NCBI GenBank assembly: GCA_963803435.1
Contig: CAWDML010000001.1
Span: 3,104,001 to 3,168,000, forward strand
Reading direction: 5' to 3'
Length of the DNA: 64,000 nucleotides
Source: an uncultured delta proteobacterium
Lineage (GTDB): Bacteria > Myxococcota > Kuafuiibacteriia > Kuafuiibacteriales > Kuafuiibacteriaceae
A program made the translations under genes and the position numbers. Below the pieces are notes generated by a model that worked only from the letters and a program-made list of their open reading frames with translations, was not told where the DNA came from and did not search any database. Shown piece by piece: positions 20,734-32,728 of this stretch. Positions within the stretch are counted from its first letter, which is position 1. Each line of letters starts with the position of its first letter.

Positions 20734-20852
20734 TCACGGCGCCGGATGCTACCTCGGCCCTATGACGAGCACGACCTGCCCTCGCACAACTTGCAGGAAC
20801 ACCCGACGGAGCTCGCCGGTTCCGCACGGGTGCGCGTGCAGGATCGTCCCAC

Positions 20853-23467
20853 ATGACCGTCCTGCGTCGCGTACGACGCGCTGCGACTGGATGTCTCTTT
20901 CTCGCCGGCGCCGTGGTGGCGCCGCAGCTCGGCGTCGACGGCCTCGAGGTCCCACTCCCGCGATCGATCCTTCCGCTGCCCGTCGCGGTCGAGTGCGGTA
21001 GCGCGACCGTTCGGATCACGCTCGCGGGCGCGACGTTCCAGCTCGACGCCCTGCGCCTCCGCGATCCGCGCGGACGCGGCACGCTCACCATTCCTCGCGC
21101 CGAGATCGATCCCGCGGGGCGAATCTCGATCCCTCATGCGGAGCTCGACGTCGCCGCCGCGCCGACCTCGCCCCCGGAGCGCTCCGATCCGATCGCGTCC
21201 GCCCGTGCGATCCGGACCGCGCTCGCGGAGGTCGCTGCGACGATCCCGGTGGAGCGCGTCGGCGCCCTCACGATCGAAGACGCGACGATCCGCGTCGCGG
21301 GACGCCGGTGGAGCGAGCATGCCCGGCTCGATCTTGCCGGGGACGGCTCCGGTCTGAGGGGCCTGGTGAGCCTGGGATCAGTGTTCCCTCAGGCGGATCT
21401 ATTCGTCGAGGTCGCACCCGGGCGCCTCGCGCTCAGCGCCGAGCTCGACTCGGCCCTGGTCGGCGACTTTCTGGTGTCGGGCCGGGCCTCCCTCGTCGAC
21501 GACGTCGTCAACTTCGATCTCGGCGTCGACGGCACCCGCATCGACGGTGCGGGACGCCTTGCGCCCGGACGCTTCGAGGTGGACGCGTGCTCGGGCCGGA
21601 CCAATCTCTCCTGGATTCGCCGCCACTGGCTCCCGCAGCTGGCGCCGGGCGCGCGGCGCTGGGTCGATCGCCACCTCGTCCGCGGGACCGCCTCTACCGG
21701 GCACCTCGCGGGCATCGGCGATTCGTTCACGCTCGACTTCGGCTTCGAGGGCGTCGACGCCGACCTCCCGGGTGTCCCGCTCCCGATCTCTCACGCGCGC
21801 GGGCGCGGCCGGATCACCGCCGATCGTCTCGAGCTTTGGGTCGACCGGGCACGCGCGGGTTCCCTCGCGGCCCGGCGGGGGCGCGTCGTGGTCACCGGCC
21901 TGGGAGCGCAAGCAGGGCGCCTCACCCTGCGGGCGGATCTCCTCGGCCCCGCCGCCGGAGCGCTCCAGCTGCTCGACGCGCCGCCGTTCCGGCCCGATCG
22001 ATCTCGGGCCATGCGGAGCTGCACCTGGCGCTCACCGCGCCGTATCGCGGGACGCTCCGCACCCGCGCGCTCGCGCTGACGGTCCGCGGGACCGCGCACG
22101 ACGTGACGCTTCACGACTACCGCTTCCTCGATCGCTTCTCGGTGAGCGGCGCAGACTTCGCGATCGACGCCGATCGTGAGCATCTGGCCCTCGATGGTAC
22201 CGCCGCGATTGAGGGGGTCCCGATGGCCGTCTCCTGGTCGACGCCGAACCACGTCCATGTCCGAGCGATGCTCGGCCGTGACGAGCGGTCGGCGCTGGGG
22301 CTGGCCGAGCTGGAGGAGCTCGCCGGGCCCGTCTCGGTCGATTTCACCGCCACCGTCGACGGCGACCGCGTCCGCAGCACCGGCACGATTGATCTGGCAG
22401 AGGCGATGGTCGAGATCCCCTCGCTGGGATGGACCAAGCACGCCGGGGCCAAGGCCGGCCTGCGCTTCGCCGCCGAGCTTCGCCCCGACGGTGCCCTCGA
22501 CATCCCCCACTTCGCGCTCGAGTCCCGCGACTTGACGGCGACCGGAGCGCTCGAGCTCGATGCGCACCGCGCGCTCGCGGCCCTCCAGACCCACGTCGTC
22601 CAGGGCGAGAGCGACTTTCGTCTGAGACGGCACGGGCGCGACACCGTCATCTTCGGCGACCGCTTCGACGCCCGGCCGCTGGTCGATCGACTGCAGGGAA
22701 CCGGCGGGCCCCAGGGCTCGAACGCAGAGCGGACGGTCCACGTCGATCTCGGCCACGTGCGCCTCTCGGAGGACGTGACGCTCGATCGCGTGTCCGGGTT
22801 GGTCGAGGTCGAGCGGGGCCGGCTGCGCGCGGCGAGCGGACGCGTCAGCCTGCGGGGGGCTCCGCTCTCGCTTCGGGCGCATCGCCGTCCCGACGGCTAT
22901 CGGATCGACGCCCGCTCCACCGATGCGGGCCGTCTCTCGAGCGCGCTCGGCATCCCCGGCTCGATCCGCGGTGGTAACGCCCACATCACCGGCGTCCTCT
23001 CGCGCGCGCTGGTGTTCGACGGTCGCGCGGTGATGCGCCGGTTCAGGGTCGATCGGCCACCGCCAGCGGCGCGCGTGATCAGCGCGACCTCGATCGCCGG
23101 GATCCTGGCGTTGATCCGCGGCGAGGGGCTGCACTTCGATCGCGCCGACATCCGCTTCTCCCTCTCGAAGAAGAGCCTGGAGATCGCCGACGCGCACACC
23201 TCCGGCGGCCCGCTCGGTCTGTCGGCGCGCGGGCGGATCGACCTCGATTCTCGGCAGGCCCATCTGCTGGCTCGCGCCGCGCCCCTCGACGACATCAACA
23301 AGCTGATCCGCCACATCCCGGTCCTGGGCCGGCTCCTGGCCCCCGAGGGGGACGCGCTCCTCTTCGCGCCGTCTTACCGGATCGACGGCGACCTGGACCA
23401 CGCGGAGGTCCGCGTCCAGCCGCACACACTCCTGATACCCGCGTTCCTGAGGCGCCTGTTCGAGTGA
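20853..23467 (+). CDS. AsmA-like / YhdP (DUF3971 + AsmA_2) bridge-like lipid transfer protein, frameshift at ~21996-22003
   Basis: 'RRHWLPQLAPGARRWVDRHLVRG' and a C-terminal AsmA_2-like tail 'GLHFD...GLSARGRID...IPVLGRLL...YRIDGDLDHAEVRVQP...FLRRLFE'. Confidence 0.75.
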
Positions 23468-23474
23468 GCCTGCG

Positions 23475-26400
23475 TCACCGAACTTCGAGGTGTCCGCCGC
23501 CGGCGAGCGCGCGCACGTTCGGAATCGTACATCGCCTCCGCTTGCGCGTGCGGCAGCGTGTACGTGCCACGGGTGACCGCGCGGCTGGCGTAGAAGAACT
23601 TCCGCGACTGGCCGGGCGCAAGGTCCGTGTAGAACACGATCCGATCGTCGCGGACATCTGCGTAGTCGGCGGGCGTGGCGTCCTTCAGCCACTCGAGACC
23701 CGCGGGCTCCTCGACGAGCCGCGGATTCTCAATCTCGAGCCCGGCCGGGAGCAGGTCGATGACAGCGACGTTCGGAACCGCCGTTCCCTCCGGCGCTCGT
23801 ACCGTCAGCTCAGTCATCACGAGATCGCCCTGCTTCACCGCCGAGCCCTGGATCGGTGTCCCGCCCACATCGAGCAGCCGCCGCTCGACGTCGAGCCCGT
23901 CGGCGGCCGCCGGGGGGAGCGTGTCCGACGAGATCCCGCTGACGCGGAAGCCGACGTACGCCTTGCCCGACCCGGTCACCGTCACCTCGATCGTCTTGCC
24001 GGCCCAGTCAGGTCCGCTGCTCTCGAGCACCAGCGGCGCCGAGCTCTCGAACCGCCTCACGTCCTTGCCGTCGATCCGCACCGTGCCCCAGAAGTACTTC
24101 TCGGCGCCCAGCTTTCGGCTCATCTTCCCCAGCGCCAGCAGCGCGAACGCGTTCTCCTGCGTGGTGGCCCAGCGACCGTCGGTCGCTCGGTTGCCGAGCA
24201 CATCGAGGAGCGTGGGAACGCTCGGGTGATCCGGTCGCAGGTCGGCAAGGATCGAGAGCGCGAGCGCGTCGGCGCGGGTCGAGGAGAAGAAGCCGCTCCT
24301 GGCGACCTGCGCGGTGGAGACCAGCTCCTCGGCGAGCAGCTTGTTGGCCCGCTCCTGAAGCCCTGCGTGGGCGAGCCCGCCCGCCAGCAGCACGCGCACC
24401 TCGTTGTCGACGGGCACCTCCGAATCGTCCTCGGTGAGCGCGTGCTCGAAGCGGTCCGTGAGGTAATCCAGCGCGCTCGGATCGGGGTGTCCGGCGAGCG
24501 CGAGCACGTAGAGGGCATAGGCGCGGGTCCTGAAGTCGATCCGCTCCCGATAGCTCCCCGCCACCGTCCCCGCGCCGATCATCCCGAGGTGCGCCAGCAG
24601 CTTGCCGAGGGCCTCCGGGTCGACCGCAAAGCCGGCCCGGTCCGCCTCCACCAGGAAGTGCGCGCCGTAGACCGTGCTCCACGGCTGACCCCAGCTCTCG
24701 CCCGGCCAATACGAGAGACCGCCGCCGGGCATCATCATCCCGAGCACGCGACCGATGCCCGCCGACACGAAGTGATCGCGCACGTTTCCCGGAGCCAGCC
24801 CCTTGCCGACGGTCCTCGCCAGATCGCGGAGATACAGGAGCGGAAAGGCGCGGGAGGTCGTCTGCTCCACGCAGCCGTGCGGATACTGGAGCAGGTACGA
24901 GAGCGACTCTCCGAAGCGAAACGCGGGGTGGGAGCCGATCTCCAGCCGCGCGTGGATCGAGGCGGGCACGAGCCCGCCGGGGAGATGGAAGCGCGCCGGC
25001 TTGACGGCCCGTGCGATCTGGCTGTCGACCCGCACGGTCGTGGTGCCGGGCGGGCGGACCTCCAGCTCCGTCGTCACCGTCGACTCGCCTGCGCTCGAGC
25101 GGCCGGTCACCGCCACCGAGGCCTTGCCGGGCACCTCGCCCGCCTTCAGCGTGAACAGGGCGGTCGCGCTTCCGCCTGCCTCCACCGACACCGCGCTTTC
25201 GGGAGCGCCCTCGACGCCGAGACTCCCCTCGGTCGTCACGCGCAGCGCGACCTGCACGGGGGCACGCGTGGTGTTGAAGACCTGCACCGGCATCTCGAAG
25301 CGATCGAGCGTCCCGGCGAACCGCGGAAGCGACGGCGACACCACCACCGGATCCGCCACCCGCACGCGCGCCGCCGCCGAGCCGAAGCGATCGCCGGCGA
25401 AGCCGACGGCCATCAGCCGCAGCGTCCCCGTCAGCTGGGGGACATCGAGCTCGACGAGGGCCGAACCGTCCGCGCCTGCCGCCACCACGCCGGACCAGAG
25501 CGCCACCGGCTTCACCCGCCGCGCCCCAGAGGGACCGAGGTGGCGCGCCCTGAAGGCAGCGTCTCCGCCCGAGGCGTCGAGCTTCTTGCCGGGCCGCGCT
25601 TCGACCTCGGGCAGCGCCATCCCGTACAGGTCGTGCGTGGTCAGCCCGAGCCGGCGCCGCCGGGTGAAGAAGCGGAACGGATCGGGCGATTCGAATCCGT
25701 CCAGGCGGAGCAGGCCCTCGTCGACCGCCGCCACCGTGAAGTGAGGGGCCTTCGTCGCGCCCAGCCCGCGCAGGCGGATCTGCAGCTTGCCTTGCGGTCG
25801 CATCTCCGCGGGCGCCTCGATCTTCACGTCGAGCGCGTGGCGAAGACTCTTCACCTCGAGCGGCGCCACCCCGAACGCGCGCAGGGCGGCCTCCGACTCC
25901 GCCGGGTCGGGGCGCCGCACCTGCTGCGCCACCACGTAGGCGTTCGGGCTCATCGACTCCAGGATCGGGATCGGGACCGTAGTGGTGTCGCCTTCCACGT
26001 CGAACGTGCCCTGCCAGAGGACGCGGTCGCGCTCCACAGTGACGAGCAGCTTCCCCGAAGAGAAGGGCGCACGCACCATGACGCGCGCGCTCTCTCCCAC
26101 GTCGTAGCGGGCGCGATCGGGAGAGATCGCGAGACGATCCGGGCGCGACACGGACCACCCCGCCGTCCCGGCCCCGCTGACCCAGAAGCGGTACGAGCTC
26201 TTGGCGCCCTTCGCCGTCTGCACCTCGATCCGATAGCGGCCCACCTGTGGCGGCGTGTACGGCAGCGGCACCGCTTCGGCCCCGCTGGTGACGGCGAGCT
26301 GATCCGCGACCGTCTCCGAGAAGTGCGACGTGTAGCGATAGCGACCGTCGACGAGCTTGAGGATCGTACGCCACTGCTCCTCGTACACGGTCGCCGTCAC

Positions 26401-28785
26401 CGGGACGTTCGCCACCGGCTGTCCGTCGGGATCGACGACCACCACCTCGAGGGCCGCGTCGCTCCCCTCTTCGACCTGGTAGCTGTCGCTGTTGCGGCGC
26501 ACGCCGACGTAGTGCGGGAGCGGCTGCAGCGTGACACCGCCGGAGCCGGTGACCGAGCGACCTCCCTTCTCGAACGCGGTGGCGCGGAGCGACACGCGCA
26601 CGGGCCCGAGCGCGCTCCTTCCGTCCTCGAGGGCGCACGTCCGTTCGATCTTCCCCTCACCGTCGAGGGTGAAGCGTCCGAGTGCCTCGTTCGCGGACAG
26701 CGAGCTCGCACCCTGCCCTCGGTCGGGCGCAAAGGTGAAGGCAGAGAAGGCGGGCGTCGTGAAGGGCCGCTCCTCGAAGCGGCAGGCGAGCTCGACCTCG
26801 AGGCCGGCGGCCGGCGGGCCGAACAGATGGCGCCCCCGCGCTCGAAACGGCACCGGGGCCGCGAACGTCGCCTCGGTGTCGAGGGCCTCCACCTCGACGC
26901 CGATCCGCTCGGGGATGAAGTCTTCGACCGCGAACGCGGCCTCGCCGAGGACGTCGTCCCCCGCGCCGATGATGCGGGCCGTCCAGCGGCCGGTGGGAGC
27001 GTCGCGCGGAATCGCGACGTCGAAGCTCTGCGCGCCGTCGGCCGACGCCGCGCCCTTGAGCACGCGGAAGGTCCGCCAGCCCGGATCGCGCACCTCCACC
27101 ACGAACGCGAAGGCGGGCGGGGTACCGAGCGAGCGATCGCGAAGCAACGCGGTGAAGTGCGCGGTGTCGCCGGGGCGATACGTCCCTCGATCGGTGTACG
27201 CGAACGCCTCGTAGGCGGCCGACGTCTCCGCGTCACCGCCGACGTCCAGATCGGAGGTCGGCAGCGCCGTCCCCTGGAGCGGGAGGTAGGAGACGTCGCG
27301 TCCCAGTCGCGCGATCACCAGGCTCACCGGGTCGTCGAAGTGCGCACGCACGCTGGCGACGCCTCGCGCGTCGGTCGCGACCCTTGCGAGGGATGCGTTG
27401 GTCCGGGAGAGCAGCTCGATCTCAGCGCCGGCGACCGGGTCGAGCTTCTGGAGCGAGACCACCTGCACGCGCGTGAGCTCGTCGCCGATCTTCGCGGTGA
27501 TCCCGAGATCGGTGGCGAGCGCCCACTTCTGGTCGCTCACCCATTCGTCCTCCACGTCGCGAACGTCGACGAAGTAGAGCCCGCGGCGGCCGCCGGTCGA
27601 GAAGTCGTCGAACGAGAGCGCTGTGCGCACACGCTGGTTTTTTCGCTCGTCGACGTCGATCGCGGTCTTGAAGATCTCTCGGCCCATCGACGTCGGCACG
27701 CTGTTGCGATCGAGCCGCGACACCACGTGCACCAGGTTGTTCTCGAACACTTTGGTCACGGTCACCGCCAGATGCGAGACGTTGATGGTGTCGACCGCGA
27801 TCTGCCGGCTCCCCGACCTGAGCAGCACGAGGCCGTCGTCGGGGAAGCGCACGACCGGTGCGAGATCCGGCATCTCGATCGTGTGCACCACGTCCTCGAC
27901 GAGCGGCAGGCCTCCCTGGGCGGCGAGCCCGCGCTTCACCGTGATGGTGTAGCGCGCGCGGGGCGCGAACGTGCCGTACGCGGTGGCGCCGTGGTAGGTC
28001 TCGACGAACCGCACCTCCACCGGCGGCGAGATCGTCACCAGCGGGCCGAGCGCGGAGGCGTCGATCCCGGCGCTGAAGCGGAGCGCGATTCCGAGGTCCG
28101 TGCCCTGCTGGGTGGCCTCGATCGACTCGACGCGAAGCGGTGCATTGTCGTCGTCTCGCAGGGTCCGCACGACCGGCTTACCGAGCGCCTCACCTCCGCT
28201 CTTCGGGGCGAGCGTCGCGTCAATCCGGATCGCCAGCTCGGCGTCGGCCGGCACCGGTGCCAGCGAGAAGGCCATCACCGAGCCGGCCTCGTTCGTGTCG
28301 AGCTCTGCGGCCACCGGCCGGCCTTTCTTGTCTCTGAAGGTGATCGCGGCGCGGGCAGCCTCGACCGTGACCGGGTGCGTGAGCTCGACGTTGACCCGGG
28401 GGCGCACACCCTCCGGCACCACCTCGTAGAGCGCCTCCACCGAGGCCAGCCCGAACATCGGGGTGTGGAAGGTGAACTCCGGTGCGCCCGGCAGCAAGAC
28501 CCGGACCCGATAGCGCGTGCTCTCGGCGAGCTCGACCATCGGGACGAACTGCAAGGTGTCCTGCGAGACCCAGCGATAGTGTCCTTCGACCGGGGGCACG
28601 ATCGAGAGCAGCTTGTCGCCCTCGACCGCGAGCGGCTTCGAGAACTTCACCTCGATCGCGCGGGTGGTCTCGACCAGACCCTCCGGACCGAACGAGACCA
28701 CCTCGACGCGGCCCGCCGGCCGTGACTCGGAACGGCACGCTGCCAGGCCGACCAGCGTCACCACCGCGACGAGCGAAGATCGCAT
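23475..28785 (-). CDS. Bacterial alpha-2-macroglobulin lipoprotein with thioester motif (frameshift at ~23523 near C-terminus)
   Basis: Lipobox VGLAAC; TDRGTYRPGD, VEDFIPER, VAAVDEGLL, YPHGCVEQTTS (CxEQ thioester), TTQENAFAL, DLLPAGLEIEN, DVRDDR; corrected end EAMYDPNVRALAGGGHLEVR*. Confidence 0.93.
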
Positions 28786-29687
28786 CACTGCTTGGCGAAG
28801 AAGCGCAGGATGGCCTTCTGGGCGTGGAGACGGTTCTCCGCCTGATCCCAGATCGCGGACTGCGGGCCGTACATCGTCTCCGCGTCGATCTCGTCGTCGC
28901 GGATCGCCGGCAGACAGTGCATCACGATCGCGTCGTCCTTCGCCTTCTTCAGCGCCTTGGCGTTGATCTTGTAGCCCTTGAAGGTCTTGCGCCGCTTCTT
29001 CGACTCTTCCTCTTGGCCCATCGATACCCATGTGTCCGTGTAGAGAACGTCGGCGCCGGCGAACGCCTCGTCAGGGTCGACCACCTGCTCCACCTTGCCG
29101 GCCAACTTCTCCGCCTCCTCCAGCACCTCGTCCGGCAGCCCGTACCCCTTTGGGGAGGCCACCACCACGTCCATGCCGAGCGCCGCCGCCAGCAAACCGG
29201 TGGAGGTGGCCACGTTGTTACCTTCGCCCACGTACCCGAGCTTGAGGCCCTCCAGCTTGCCCTTGCGCTCGAGGATCGTCTGGAGATCGGCGATCGCCTG
29301 GGTCGGGTGCCGGTCGTCGGAGAGCGCGTTGATCACCGGGATTCGCGAGTACTCCATCATCTCCACCAGCTTCGCCTGCTCGAAGACGCGAGCCACCAGC
29401 ATCGACACGTACCGCCCGATCACCGAGGCAAAGTCGGCGACCTCTTCACCCTTCCCCACCTTCGTGTTGTTGCTCCCCAGCTCGACCACGTGGCCGCCGA
29501 GCTCGTGGACCCCGATGGTGAAGGAGGTCCGCGTCCGGACCGACGGCTTCTCGAAGAACAAGGCCACGTGCTTGCCCTCGAGATCGTTGGTCCGACGCCG
29601 TCCGTCCTTCAACCAGGCTGCGTCCTCGAGGATCTTCTTGGTCTCTTCGACCGAGAGATCGAGCTCCGATAGATAGCTTCTCGCCAT
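28785..29687 (-). CDS. argF: Ornithine carbamoyltransferase
   Basis: FEKPSVRTR, NALSDDRHPTQ, YTDTWVSMG, MHCLPA, QAENRLH. Confidence 0.95.
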   Translation of the reverse strand: MARSYLSELDLSVEETKKILEDAAWLKDGRRRTNDLEGKHVALFFEKPSVRTRTSFTIGVHELGGHVVELGSNNTKVGKGEEVADFASVIGRYVSMLVARVFEQAKLVEMMEYSRIPVINALSDDRHPTQAIADLQTILERKGKLEGLKLGYVGEGNNVATSTGLLAAALGMDVVVASPKGYGLPDEVLEEAEKLAGKVEQVVDPDEAFAGADVLYTDTWVSMGQEEESKKRRKTFKGYKINAKALKKAKDDAIVMHCLPAIRDDEIDAETMYGPQSAIWDQAENRLHAQKAILRFFAKQ

Positions 29688-29698
29688 GACTTCTTCTC

Positions 29699-31696
29699 CT
29701 ATGCGCGCCGAATCAACGTCCCGACGCCTCGGTCGGTGAACAGCTCGGCGATCAAGTTGTGCGGGACGCGGCCGTCCACCAGGTGGACGCGCTCGACGCC
29801 GCCCGCCAGCGCCGACAGGGCCGCCGCCACCGTGCCTCGCATGCCGCCCGTGATCTCGCCCTGCTCGACCCAGAGCTTGGCCTGATCGGAGCTCAGCTCG
29901 GTGAGCAGCCCCTCCTCTTCCATGATCCCGGCGACGTCCGAGAGATAGATCAGCTTCTCGGCCTCGATCGCGCGGGCGATCTCGGCGGCCACGATGTCGG
30001 CGTCGAGCTGGTGCGCCAGGCCCTCCTCGCCCAGGCCCACCGGCGAGATGACGGGCACGTACCCGTCCTTCTCCAGCATGTCGATCAATCGCGGATCGAT
30101 CGAAGCGAGCTCGCCCCCGGGCGCGCGCATCAGCCCGCCGTCCTTGCCGGACAGACCGACGGCGCGCGAGCCCTTCCGGTTGAGAGCGGCGACCAGACGC
30201 TGGTTCACGCGTCCGGTCAGCACCATCTCCACGGACTCGCCCTGCGCGACGGCCTCGGGCGCTCCGCCGTGCACCACGATCGGCCGAAGGCCGCACGAGC
30301 GCAGAAGCAGGACGTCCTCCGCAAACTGCTCCTCGAGCTTCGGATCGAGCATCGCAGCGCCGCCGACCTTCACCACCGCGCGGAGGCCGCGGAACTCGTC
30401 GATGTAGCGGAGGGCTTCGATCAGGATCTTCTTCTTGATCGTCGGCCCCAACCCCGTCAGGCGCTCATCGACGGCGACGCCGCCGTCCTCGGTGGTCTTG
30501 GTGATCGCGGCGTAGTCCGCGTTGATCTTCACGTAGTCGTAGGAGAGGTCGCATCCCCACGCCACCGCGGCGGCGGAGCCGAGGCCCAGGTCGAGCACCG
30601 CCTCCACCTCGGGCTCGGTCAGCCGGTGCCGGAGCCTTCGGTTCTCCACCCGGACACCACCGGTCACCACGGTCTCTCCCTGGATCGACAGTGAGGTCCG
30701 CTCGAGCCGGTAGGCGATCCCGAACCGGGCGGCCGCCCCGCCGGCCGACGCAATCATCCGCCCGCCCGCGTTGGGATCGGCGCCGAAGATCGCGGTCTTC
30801 ACCAGGAGGGAGCCCGCGATCGCCCGCGCCAGCCGCCGGGCGTCCGCCTCCGACTCCGCGCCCGCGACCCTCACCTGCAGCAGTCGGGTGGCCCCCTCGC
30901 CGTCCTTGGCGATCGCGATCGCCATCTCCTCGCAGAGGTCGACCAGAGCGCCGCGGAAGATCTCCGCGTTGTCTCCCCCGGTGATGGGTGCGTTCTCGGC
31001 GAAGCCGTTCGCCAGCGCCACCACGGCGTCGTTGGTCGACATCTCGCCGTCGACCGTCAGTTGGTTGAAGGTGCGGTCGACTGCTTCGTTCAGGCAGGCC
31101 TGCAGACACTCGGCCGAGATCTCGGCGTCCGTGGTGATGAACGCGAGCATGGTGGCGAGGGAGGGCGCCACCATCCCGGAGCCCTTGGCGATCGCGTGGA
31201 TGCGCACGCGTGTGCCCTCGATGAAGATCTCGCGGGCGCCGATCTTCGTGACCCGATCCGTGGTCAGAATGCTCTCGGCGAACGCGGTGGGATCCTCGTC
31301 GAGCGACTCGAGGTTCAGCTCGATCGCGGCGTCGATACGATCGATCGGGGGGCGGTAGCCGATGATCCCGGTGAACGAGGTGACGACCTCCTCCGCCGGT
31401 ACCCCGAGCCGATCGGCCAGGCCTGCGGCCAGCGCCAGATCCGCCTCGCGGCCGGCCTCACCGGTGAGCGCGTTGGCGTTGCCGCTCACGGCCAGGATCG
31501 CCCGGACCGGTCCGGCGCCGGCCCGGATCGCCTCCAGGCGCGCTGCACAGGGCGCACGCGACCGATTCTGCGTCACGCAGGCCGCCATCACGGCCGGCGC
31601 ATCGGCGATCAGGACACCGCAATCGGACTTGCTGTTCTTGATCCCGGCGTTGCGGCCGGCCGCCAGGAATCCGGGTGGGAGTCGTTCGGCCTTCAT
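29699..31696 (-). CDS. argJ: Fused ornithine acetyltransferase (ArgJ) and acetylglutamate kinase (ArgB)
   Basis: SGNANALTG, LTTD, KGSGMVAPSLATML, DGEMSTND, DGEGAT, WGCDLSYDYVKINADY, then in frame EALRYI, VKVGGAAM, VHGG, GLSGKDG, DADIVA, HLVDGRVPH. Confidence 0.92.
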   Translation of the reverse strand: MKAERLPPGFLAAGRNAGIKNSKSDCGVLIADAPAVMAACVTQNRSRAPCAARLEAIRAGAGPVRAILAVSGNANALTGEAGREADLALAAGLADRLGVPAEEVVTSFTGIIGYRPPIDRIDAAIELNLESLDEDPTAFAESILTTDRVTKIGAREIFIEGTRVRIHAIAKGSGMVAPSLATMLAFITTDAEISAECLQACLNEAVDRTFNQLTVDGEMSTNDAVVALANGFAENAPITGGDNAEIFRGALVDLCEEMAIAIAKDGEGATRLLQVRVAGAESEADARRLARAIAGSLLVKTAIFGADPNAGGRMIASAGGAAARFGIAYRLERTSLSIQGETVVTGGVRVENRRLRHRLTEPEVEAVLDLGLGSAAAVAWGCDLSYDYVKINADYAAITKTTEDGGVAVDERLTGLGPTIKKKILIEALRYIDEFRGLRAVVKVGGAAMLDPKLEEQFAEDVLLLRSCGLRPIVVHGGAPEAVAQGESVEMVLTGRVNQRLVAALNRKGSRAVGLSGKDGGLMRAPGGELASIDPRLIDMLEKDGYVPVISPVGLGEEGLAHQLDADIVAAEIARAIEAEKLIYLSDVAGIMEEEGLLTELSSDQAKLWVEQGEITGGMRGTVAAALSALAGGVERVHLVDGRVPHNLIAELFTDRGVGTLIRRA

Positions 31697-32696
31697 CGCG
31701 GGAGGAGCCCGGTTTCGCCCGGCAGACCGAGCATCAGGTTGAGGTTCTGGATCGCCTGACCCGCGGCGCCCTTCACCAGGTTGTCGATGGCGGTGAACGC
31801 GATGATTGTGCCGGTCCGCCGATCGAGCGTGGCGCTGACCTCGGCGAGGTTCGTGTAGAGCGTGCGCTGCGTCTCCGGCGGTCGGGTCACCGTGCGGATG
31901 AAGGGACGGTGCGCGGCGAAGGCGGCGTGGGCCTCGTCGATGGCGGCCTGGGTGACGCCGGAACGCGCGCGAAGATAACCGGTCACCAGGATTCCACGGC
32001 GCATCGGGACCAGGTGCGCGGTGAACCCGACCTGGACCGGGCGGCCGGCGGCGGCGGTGAGCGCGCGCTCGAATCTCGGGCGTGTGCTGGTGCGACGCGA
32101 CGCGGTACGCACGGAGGTTCTCGGCCACCTCGGCGAAGAGGAGCGACTCCTCGGCCTTGCGGCCGGCGCCCGTCGCTCCACTCTTGCCGTCCAGGATGGC
32201 CGGACCCTCGAACAGCTCGAGGAGCGGCGCCACCGCCAGCGCCGAGGCGGTGGCGTAACAGCCCGGGTTGGCCACCAGGCGCACGCTGTCGGGCATCGGG
32301 ATCAGCTCGGGGAGCCCGTAGTGGGCCTCGCCGAGGAGCTCCGGGTGGGGATGCTCGAAGCCGTACCACTCCGGATACGCGCGCGGGTCCGGGAGGCGAA
32401 AGGCGCCCGAAAGATTCGATCACCCGTAGCCCGCGCGCGAGGAGCTCGGGCACCAGGGTCACCGAGGTCTCGCTCGGGGTCGCCAAGAATGCAAGCTGAC
32501 CTGCACCCGCCAGCTCGAAGGTCTCGGAGTGGGAGGTGAACGTCCCGGTCATCTCCGGGACGCGGTCGCCGATCGGCTTGCCGGCGTCGCGATCGGAGCT
32601 GGCCGCGATCACGCGGGCCCGCGGGTGCCGGGCCAGGAGGCGCAGCAGCTCGAGGCCCGAGTACCCCGACGCTCCGAAGACGACGACCTCCGCCAT
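31693..32696 (-). CDS. argC: N-acetyl-gamma-glutamyl-phosphate reductase (two +1 frameshifts at ~32415 and ~32073)
   Basis: FGASGYSGLEL, ANPGCY, KSGATGAGR, HQHTPEI, DNLVKGAAGQAIQNLN are spread over three frames and join if GATTC/GAATC is read as GATC. Confidence 0.92.
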
Positions 32697-32728
32697 TTCG
32701 CCCAACAGAGCGCCCAAAGATCGGCGGG

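Noticed and set aside
23464-28725. 1753-aa plus-strand ORF and other long antisense or alternate-frame ORFs (e.g. 4235-5842 extension, 57446-59602, 47116-49116)
   Set aside because: Shadow ORFs of real high-GC genes: Arg/Gly/Ala-rich with no motifs.
31693-32696. argC, ECF sigma, A2M and kinase as true pseudogenes or programmed frameshifts
   Set aside because: All breaks coincide with GATTC/GAATC, with no slippery runs and otherwise intact motifs, so sequencing error is the better explanation.
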